A stretch of DNA of 63,630 nt, from assembly GCA_014804965.1 (NCBI GenBank), contig JAAUYU010000025.1, forward strand, positions 17,747 through 81,376, in the 5' to 3' direction. Positions 46,297 through 53,205 of the stretch are shown here, piece after piece. How positions within the stretch are numbered: position 1 is the first letter of the stretch; each line of letters starts with the position of its first letter. Source of the stretch: Desulfovibrio sp. GTDB lineage: Bacteria > Desulfobacterota > Desulfovibrionia > Desulfovibrionales > Desulfovibrionaceae. The notes beneath the pieces are model-generated. The model made no database searches. It saw only the letters and a program-made list of their open reading frames with translations, and was not told the DNA's origin. The translations under genes were made by a program, and so were the position numbers.

Positions 46297-47688
46297 CTAC
46301 TTGCCCTCTTTTGCAGTCAGGTCAAGGATGGCGTCCACCACGGGCCCGGCGGCGCAGCCGAAATTGGCGACATTGGCGTCGCGCACCTTGCGGATGCGCT
46401 CCGGCCAGTCTGTTTCTGCGGCCAGCCTTCGCACGAGGGCGGGGAGCCGCTCAAGGTCGGGCGTGGTCAGGGGGATGCCGATATCCGAAAGGACAGCCGC
46501 ATTCCAGCGCGTGTAGTGGAGATCAAATGCCTCAAAGCCCCCGGGGTCCTGGTTTGGCTCATAGAGCGTGATAACGGGCCGGAAGAACACAAAGGCAAGG
46601 TCAAAAATGACGGTGGAAGTGTCCGATACCATCACCGCGGCGCGCCGGAGCGAGTCAAAGCCGTCGGGGTTCCTGTCCCAGGTGATGTTCTTGTAGCCTG
46701 AGAGCTCACTTTCCATCCGCTCCATGAGCTTGACATCGGAAATGTAGCTTTGCGGATGCGGCCGCAGAATGACGTTGAAGCCGGCATCAGCGAGGATGCG
46801 GGGCACCGCCGAGCCAAAACGGTTGAACATGCCGATCTTGCCCCAGGTGGGAGCTATCAGCACGCAGTTGGGATCCGGCGTGTTCTCGCCAAGGGCCTCC
46901 CGGCGCGCCACCAGCCCGTCAAGATAGGGGACGCCTGCGATGGGGAGTTCCTTGGGCTTTGTCCCCCGCAATGCTTCCAAAGTCCGCAGGGATTTTATCT
47001 GATAGTCACCGTTGCAGATGACCGCATCGTAATAATCAAAGGCGAATAACTTGTAATAGTGGATGTCGCCCACCGAATGCAGCACATGGATATACTTGCC
47101 CACACCCTTGGACCGCCGGATCTGGAGTACCCCCACCCCGGGCGTGGTCAGCACCAGGGCATCGGCTTCGAGAAAGTTCAGGGCCGTGTACGCCGCGTTG
47201 CCTTTGCCGATGTAGCGGCATGTGATGCATGCGGGAAGATCGGCCGTGAAACAGGGATCATCTTCAGTGGAAGTCAGGTACTCCACCGCTTCGCCGCGAC
47301 GACCAAACTCTTCCAACAAAGGGCGGAATGTGCCCCAATAGTTGGCGGATTCACCATAGATGACGAGATGCTTGTGCTTCAGCAGCCTGTCCTTGCCAGT
47401 GACCTTGAACAGGAATGTTCTCGTTAGAGAGGGAACCTTGCGCGCCATGAACCACGCGCCGGAAAGCACACCGATACATACGGAAAGCAGCATGCTACCC
47501 GTTCCAGGGTCCAGGTACGCATGTGAGGTACATGGTGTACCTAAGAGGAGGGCTCCTGTTATAAAAAAAACATTCAAGACTGTGGTTGCTTTTTTCAAAA
47601 TCGTAGTCTTCCTTTCTTGGTAACATTCCATAATGCGTTCGGGTTCTTGTCCGCTGTAAGCAAAGAAATATATAGTTTCGGACCCCAA
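46297..47688 (-). CDS. CDP-glycerol glycerophosphotransferase (TagB/TagF) family protein with an N-terminal membrane anchor
   Basis: C-terminal half carries VLIAPTWG..., ILRPHPQSY and MVSDTSTVIFDLAF, as in TagF-type enzymes. Two N-terminal hydrophobic segments. Start uncertain (TTG 47688 or ATG 47631). The stop TAG abuts the next ATG. Confidence 0.7.
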   Translation of the reverse strand: MGSETIYFFAYSGQEPERIMECYQERKTTILKKATTVLNVFFITGALLLGTPCTSHAYLDPGTGSMLLSVCIGVLSGAWFMARKVPSLTRTFLFKVTGKDRLLKHKHLVIYGESANYWGTFRPLLEEFGRRGEAVEYLTSTEDDPCFTADLPACITCRYIGKGNAAYTALNFLEADALVLTTPGVGVLQIRRSKGVGKYIHVLHSVGDIHYYKLFAFDYYDAVICNGDYQIKSLRTLEALRGTKPKELPIAGVPYLDGLVARREALGENTPDPNCVLIAPTWGKIGMFNRFGSAVPRILADAGFNVILRPHPQSYISDVKLMERMESELSGYKNITWDRNPDGFDSLRRAAVMVSDTSTVIFDLAFVFFRPVITLYEPNQDPGGFEAFDLHYTRWNAAVLSDIGIPLTTPDLERLPALVRRLAAETDWPERIRKVRDANVANFGCAAGPVVDAILDLTAKEGK

Positions 47689-47820
47689 GAAAAAATCACA
47701 TGCGACTAATCCTAAAAAGGGATTTATATATTCATCTACAGATTATAAGCTTATTCTCCAAATGCAATCGATAGTGATCATTAGCTCGAGAGAATGCATA
47801 TCTATATAAGATAGTGTAAA

Positions 47821-49404
47821 TTACCGTACTTGTGTATAGGGAATAACCCAAAGGATTAGAAAAATTGCGGTAAACAACGCACCCATCCCTATCGAAGCAA
47901 AAACAATTCTCTTTGTAACTCTAATCTGCGTGGGGTTCTTTTCGCTTTCGGGCATCACAAACAGGGCCTGTCGTTCACGCGTTTCCTCTGGGGTTACTTT
48001 TGTTAGCGAACTCGCAATAACTATGCCGAGGATATTGAGCACAAGACCAACAAAGAACGGATCCAAATAAAGTGGTGGTTTAATACCAGCAATTGACGTA
48101 TATATCTTAGCAGCCCCGCAGCCTACAAAGCCAAGTAACATGCCAGTGAAAGCACCCGCTTTTGTGATCCTGCGGCTCCAGATACTTGCCACGCACACAG
48201 GTAACCAGGAACACGCAATTACTGTCGCGCCGAGAAACATAATCCAGAATACCTGTGGCGGATTCCACGCTGCAAGCAGCATTACTGCCGTCGCAGACAT
48301 GATGATTGCGATGCGGCCGGCCATGAGTTTTTTTCTGCCATCACGTATACGCACCAGGTCATTTGCCACTGCGGAACCGATGATTGAAAGAAATGTGGTC
48401 GCAGACGAGATGCCGGCGGCCAGAACACCTGTAAGCATGATTACACCCAGGGACAGTGGTACAAGGTGTGTGGCGGCCCAAACAATGATATGAGATGGAC
48501 TTTCCAAGGGGGGTTCAAAATAATTGAGCAGGACTGCTCCTGTAATCACGAAAAATTCAATTAAGAAAACAAAAAAAGCGGCGATTATGGAAGAGCGAAT
48601 AACTGCATGCTCATCCTTGGCCATCAGGTAACGGGTGGCTTGCCAGGGACCGACCATGCAGACGGACATCCAGACAATGCCATAGCAGAGCATCCAAAGA
48701 AAGTTTTGTGCAGCCGTCGGGTAGAGATAGCTCGGATCTCCTCCTGCCGCCAGTTTACTGGGGAATTTCTGGGCGAGTGTTTCCACTACATGAAACCAGC
48801 CTCCACCACCGTTTATCATGGCGAGGATGACGATAATGGTGATGATCGTAAAAAAACCGAACATTATAGTGTCAGTAATCAGAACACCTTTGGACCCAGA
48901 GGCAGCGGTTAAAATGGTGAAGGTTACCAAGGCGAGCAGAATGCAGAGGGTGTAATCGATGTCTGTGACAAGTGTCATCAGAGTGCCGATACCCTGCATC
49001 GTTGCAAGTAGATACACACTAATGCTGATTAATTCCGTTATCGCAGCCAATTTTTGAACCTTTAGAGAATTAAAGCGTTTGCCGAGAAACTCAGGAATCG
49101 TCACACACTCACTGCGCCTAATATACCGGCCAAAAAAAACACCACCAAGAATATATCCTGCTACCTGTAAGGTATCGACACCCATCAGAGGTGCAAATAA
49201 TCCGGCAAAGGATTCGCCGGCATCCCCAAAATAAAGTCCTGTACTAGCGTAGGAGGCGACAAGGGAGCCGACTAAAAGAAAAACCGGTGCATTCCGCCCG
49301 GCTACAAAAAAATCATTGGCATTCCTAACCTTGCTGCTTATCAGCACGCCAATAAAGATATAGGCGAGCATGGAAAGCAACATTCCAAACAAAAAAGGGT
49401 TCAT
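47821..49404 (-). CDS. Sodium:solute symporter (SSS/SLC5) family transporter
   Basis: 527 aa, about 13-14 TM. N-terminal DFFVAGRN motif typical of SSS proteins. Confidence 0.85.
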   Translation of the reverse strand: MNPFLFGMLLSMLAYIFIGVLISSKVRNANDFFVAGRNAPVFLLVGSLVASYASTGLYFGDAGESFAGLFAPLMGVDTLQVAGYILGGVFFGRYIRRSECVTIPEFLGKRFNSLKVQKLAAITELISISVYLLATMQGIGTLMTLVTDIDYTLCILLALVTFTILTAASGSKGVLITDTIMFGFFTIITIIVILAMINGGGGWFHVVETLAQKFPSKLAAGGDPSYLYPTAAQNFLWMLCYGIVWMSVCMVGPWQATRYLMAKDEHAVIRSSIIAAFFVFLIEFFVITGAVLLNYFEPPLESPSHIIVWAATHLVPLSLGVIMLTGVLAAGISSATTFLSIIGSAVANDLVRIRDGRKKLMAGRIAIIMSATAVMLLAAWNPPQVFWIMFLGATVIACSWLPVCVASIWSRRITKAGAFTGMLLGFVGCGAAKIYTSIAGIKPPLYLDPFFVGLVLNILGIVIASSLTKVTPEETRERQALFVMPESEKNPTQIRVTKRIVFASIGMGALFTAIFLILWVIPYTQVR

Positions 49405-49523
49405 CGGGCACCCCTTTTATTTTTGCTTGCATCTTCATAGTCTTTCTTAACGCGTATCCATGCCGCAAAAGCAGCACCGGAAACCCAGATGCCAAAAAAA
49501 ATCACGAGGAGATATTCCATCAT
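49401..49523 (-). CDS. 40-aa single-TM peptide (MMEYLLVIFFGIWVSGAAFAAWIRVKKDYEDASKNKRGAR), candidate symporter small accessory subunit
   Basis: Not in the ORF track because it is under 60 aa. Hand-translated. GAGAGG lies 9 nt upstream. Its TGA overlaps the symporter ATG (ATGA at 49401-49404). It starts 6 nt after the upstream stop. Confidence 0.45.
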   Translation of the reverse strand: MMEYLLVIFFGIWVSGAAFAAWIRVKKDYEDASKNKRGAR

Positions 49524-49529
49524 AAGCAA

Positions 49530-51305
49530 TCACCTCTCACTTCTATCTGGTTGTTCTAATACCATCTTTCTATAATTTGCCATTTTTTCGTACCATACTG
49601 GTACATTTTTCATCTCAACATGATTTAGCGCACTTTTATATAGACCCCAAACAAACCAATAGTAATAACAAACCGCGCTGCAAGCGAACAAGTGTTTTTT
49701 TTCTTCAATCGTAGTCATACGACCGTAATAGGGAAATAGCAATTTGTCAATGTCTTCCAATGGCACGTCGGACATACTAAAAAGTTTACAAATATCAAAA
49801 CCAATATCCGAGTCACCTCCGTATTCCCAATCAATCAGCTCAAGCCTGTCATTTTCAATCAGAATATTGTCTGCATAGATGTCATTATGGCAGAGGCATA
49901 TTTGCCATTTGTCGTTATCAAGAAATTCAAATACAGGAAGCATGAATTCCGTTTCGTGCACAGCAATTTTGTATTTTTCATAATCAAGTTTTTTCAACAA
50001 TCCCAGAATTCTGTCACTTTCCTTTTTGTAATCATATTCGAAACCAGAACAAATATTGTTATCATGCAATATTTTAAGCTTTTGGACAAGCAGCCCGATA
50101 TGGCGTGACTCACTAGGTTTAAATGTTTCGGTTTCATTGATAAATTTTGATATCATCCACCCTTCTTCCGCATCCATATAAATAAGGGAATGCGACAGTC
50201 CATTTTTTTTGGTTTCCTGTAACACTGCCCATTCTCTTTTCCTGTCGATTAACAATTTAGAGTTAATACTCGAATGCCTGTAAATATAGGACTCACCATT
50301 CAGTCTAAATTTGAATTTATGATTGGTGAGTCCTTTATTTATTGGTTCTATTTGTTGGATGTCTTCAATCTTGCAATTCAGCACGTTACATATATTTTTA
50401 AAAATATTAACCTTGTTATTGTTGAGGAAGCATGGATCAAAAGCATTAAGTTCTGCCATACTGTCAAACTCTAGAATATCAGCTGGGTCACATGGAAGCG
50501 CCCACAATCGTAAAAGATCGATATCCTTGGCCCAGATTGTTTCCCAATACATATCTTCGACGCCGGGCTGATTCCAAAATTTTGTCATAAATGGAATAAA
50601 TTTGCTCGCGAAGGGATGATCCAAATACGCGTGTCCGTACATTACCCACTGATCGCAGGACGGTTTGTCGGTTGAAATAATCCTTTGTTCCGCATCCAGA
50701 ACAAGTCCTCTTTCAGTTTCGTGGGTTCCCGGTTTGAAGATGGAGCAGTAAAATGCCCGGTATTCATATTGATGAAACATATTACGTGGATAATAATTAT
50801 CGGAACATATAATGTAAGAGTTCCCGAGATACTCTTTTGCGTAGTAAACACTACTATGGGTGTTCTTTATAGAATATTCATTGTTTATCACAAATTTTAC
50901 ATTATATTTTTCGCGTAAGTAGAGAAATTTTTCTATCATTGCTCCTACAACAACAATAATTTCTCTTATTCCTGCATCTCGCAACTGTTCAATCAATCTT
51001 TCTATAAGAATATCCCCTTTGACACTGAGGAGGCCTTTTGGCCGTTCCCAGGAGACCGGCATAAAGCGCTTGCCCAACCCTGCCGAGAGAATAATGGCAT
51101 TTTTTACCCTGTACGGTTCAAGGCTCTCAAGGCCTTCGGGGGCAATTCCGCCTGCTTCATTGAGCTTACCTCGTTGCTTCAGTGTCTCAATCAGCTGGGC
51201 AACATGAGACAAGGGCGTCTTTGTGTATTCGGCTATCTGTGTTGGCGTGGGTAAGCCACCAAGCTCGCTGATATACCGTAAAATAGTGAATTCTTCTTTG
51301 TCCAT
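49530..51305 (-). CDS. Tri-domain protein: winged-helix domain, LicC-like CTP:phosphocholine cytidylyltransferase, LicA-like choline/ethanolamine kinase
   Basis: aa 67-170 (AIILSAGLGKRF...PKGLL...IIVVVG...GNSYIICSDNYY) closely follow the LicC pattern. aa 470-510 (LCHNDIYADNILI, IDWEYGGDSDIGFDICKLF) are Brenner/choline-kinase motifs. GGAGAA RBS. Confidence 0.8.
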   Translation of the reverse strand: MDKEEFTILRYISELGGLPTPTQIAEYTKTPLSHVAQLIETLKQRGKLNEAGGIAPEGLESLEPYRVKNAIILSAGLGKRFMPVSWERPKGLLSVKGDILIERLIEQLRDAGIREIIVVVGAMIEKFLYLREKYNVKFVINNEYSIKNTHSSVYYAKEYLGNSYIICSDNYYPRNMFHQYEYRAFYCSIFKPGTHETERGLVLDAEQRIISTDKPSCDQWVMYGHAYLDHPFASKFIPFMTKFWNQPGVEDMYWETIWAKDIDLLRLWALPCDPADILEFDSMAELNAFDPCFLNNNKVNIFKNICNVLNCKIEDIQQIEPINKGLTNHKFKFRLNGESYIYRHSSINSKLLIDRKREWAVLQETKKNGLSHSLIYMDAEEGWMISKFINETETFKPSESRHIGLLVQKLKILHDNNICSGFEYDYKKESDRILGLLKKLDYEKYKIAVHETEFMLPVFEFLDNDKWQICLCHNDIYADNILIENDRLELIDWEYGGDSDIGFDICKLFSMSDVPLEDIDKLLFPYYGRMTTIEEKKHLFACSAVCYYYWFVWGLYKSALNHVEMKNVPVWYEKMANYRKMVLEQPDRSER

Positions 51306-51337
51306 TTTACTTCTCCAATTAACATAAAAACGTTTAA

Positions 51338-51372
51338 CAAAAAAGGGGACACATTTTTTACAGTTCCCCCTT
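51338..51372 (-). promoter_or_regulatory. Terminator-like hairpin plus U-tract inside the 5' leader of the island operon (candidate attenuator)
   Basis: The minus strand reads GGGGGAACUGUAAAAAAUGUGUCCCCUUUUUUG. That gives about 7 bp with one bulge, then U6, ending about 30 nt before the start codon and upstream of the SD. Confidence 0.3.
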
Positions 51373-51465
51373 GAAATTCATGAGGTTGGAACGAGAACAG
51401 AACTCCCAACCCTTTGAGTGCCATTCAGGATTCCGGATAGCCCCCTGTTTGTCCTTATTTTTATC

Positions 51466-51494
51466 CTTATATTTCAATGAGTTTTGAGCATCAA
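51466..51494 (-). promoter_or_regulatory. Candidate sigma70-type promoter of the island operon
   Basis: The minus strand reads TTGATG (51494-51489), 17-nt spacer, TATAAG (51471-51466). It lies about 160 nt upstream of ATG 51305. Confidence 0.3.
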
Positions 51495-52412
51495 GCTTGC
51501 TGCCCTTCCCGATCGTAGTATTTTCCTATCTGACTGATGGTAGAAATGCGCTTGAAAATCGGGTGTCTCGTGTCAGCCACGAAACTCCTCACTCCTAGCT
51601 GCGATGGAATTTTCTATCACGAAGATAGACGTTTATCAAGGACGGGAATTTTGGCGTCGTCTTTTGTCGTCCAGCTTATGCCAAATTACCCATGTGGAAA
51701 GCTTTGCCGGCAATGACATAATAAAAATAATCAGATTACTGCTTCCATTCTCTGTTGCACGCCAGCTCGCTTCGTGATTCGTGTGCATCTTGTAAGGATA
51801 GTTTTTTTGAGATTATTTCTTGCCAGCCTTATACCTCAAATTTTACCTTAGAGTGTACACTGCTATTTACTATCAGCAGTCCTAAAATATGCTCATACAT
51901 ATAAAATGATGAAGTCCTTTCCGAAATTTCCTGTCATTATGCGCGAATAATGCATGCCTGCTATTGCACCAGCCCAGAAGAAGTCCTTATGATACTTTCA
52001 CACACGAGATAAAAAGTTCGTACCGGGCATAGCCCATTCTCTTGCAGGCGTGGTCCGAGAGTTTTTCTTCGCTCGCAAGTGAAATATGGCTGGCAAATTT
52101 CGCGCAAGTGTCAGGCTTTGTTCCCAAAACGTACTCCGCTTTCTCAGGTGGTGACACTACCATGCCTCCGGCGCGCATACAGCCGATAATTACCAAAAGT
52201 CCGCGGCAGACGCCCTCGAGTATCGCAATGGCTGGCGCTGTTTTTTGGGGATGGCTTTTGCCTGTTCTCCGCATTTTCACTCGTCCTTTTGCTCGCCGGC
52301 TCCGTTGCCAAGTGAGCCTCTTGCGCCGCAGAGTAGGGGCGCCGTACCCCAGACCCCTTAAACGCCAGTTCCGCCAAGCGCCCGAAGCCCTTGGCGGAAC
52401 CGGAAAAATTCC

Positions 52413-52488
52413 TGGTGGAGAAGAAGGGATTTGAACCCTCGACCCCCGCCTTGCGAAGGCGATGCTCTCCCAGCTGAGCTACTTCCCC
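52413..52488 (-). tRNA. tRNA-Ala(CGC): tRNA-Ala, anticodon CGC, CCA encoded
   Basis: Hand-folded 76-nt cloverleaf: acceptor GGGGAAG/CTTCTCC with the G3:U70 Ala identity pair, anticodon loop TTCGCAA, T loop TTCAAAT. Confidence 0.93.
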
Positions 52489-52950
52489 ACAGGTGGAGCT
52501 GTTTTGTAGTCCGGGCCGGGGAAGATGTCAAGGCTTGTATGCGGGGACGGGGGAGTGGGTCGCATCAGGCGGGCGTGGGCAGCGCTCGGTGGGGGAGTCC
52601 CGCTGCGAGTGGGTACAGTCCATGCAGTCCGGCCAAAACAGGCAAGGCCACGTCTGCCGCCACAGGAAGGCGTGCGGTCGTGCAAGCCCCGCAAACGCGG
52701 ATGCGGCCACGCGAGTCCACCAAGAGTCGCAGCAACCGCTCTTCCTTCGCACGCGTCCACCCACCCCCGCCATTGCCATCGGGCCGCGGATGGTCTATAC
52801 TGCTGTCAAAACATAGCATTTGACTAGGTGGGCCCTTGCCCGGCGTGCCGCATACGCCGGGGCAGGGCTGTCCTCGTGCCCGGTTTGCCGCGATGCCTTT
52901 TCGCGCGGGAGCCCAGCGGCCGGACGTCTGCACTGCGGGCGCGGCCGCCC

Positions 52951-53090
52951 GGGCGTGTGCGCGTTGCCGTTTCGCGAGCCCGGTGCCGCCGGGCCACGGG
53001 AAGGGCCGGGCGAAAGACAGGGCCAGCGCTTGTCCGGAGCGGGCTTCTGGGCTTGAGCTTCTGGGCGCGGGCGTGTGCGCGTTGGCGTTT
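52951..53090. repeat. Two copies of a 22-nt direct repeat, GGGCGTGTGCGCGTTG(C/G)CGTTT
   Basis: Copy 1 is 52951-52972 and copy 2 is 53069-53090, with 21/22 identical. They lie in a GC-rich 0.7-kb non-coding stretch upstream of the kinase gene. Confidence 0.6.
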
Positions 53091-53205
53091 GCCTGTTTTC
53101 GCGCGCGCCCCACAAGGCAGCCCCTTGGCGAATGGCAGCCGGCCCGGCATATATCGGTGCGCCGCTTCGTGTCCTTGTGCCTTGGAATTTTAAGGGAGCA
53201 GTCCC

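Larger units (their letters stand above)
43357..52412. other. AT-rich, compositionally mosaic accessory island reached from the 3' end of tRNA-Ala
   Basis: Sampled lines: 43741-43800 is 18% GC and 50281-50340 is 28% GC. An internal block is 60-68% GC (45361-45420 and 46321-46380). There is no intact integrase. Confidence 0.6.

Noticed and set aside
43751-49702. A8/T8 homopolymer tracts inside island coding regions (43751-43758, 47563-47570, 49132-49139, 49494-49501, 49695-49702) as phase-variation switches.
   Set aside because: Runs of 8 are expected by chance in DNA this AT-rich and are shorter than typical contingency-locus tracts. All reading frames are currently intact.
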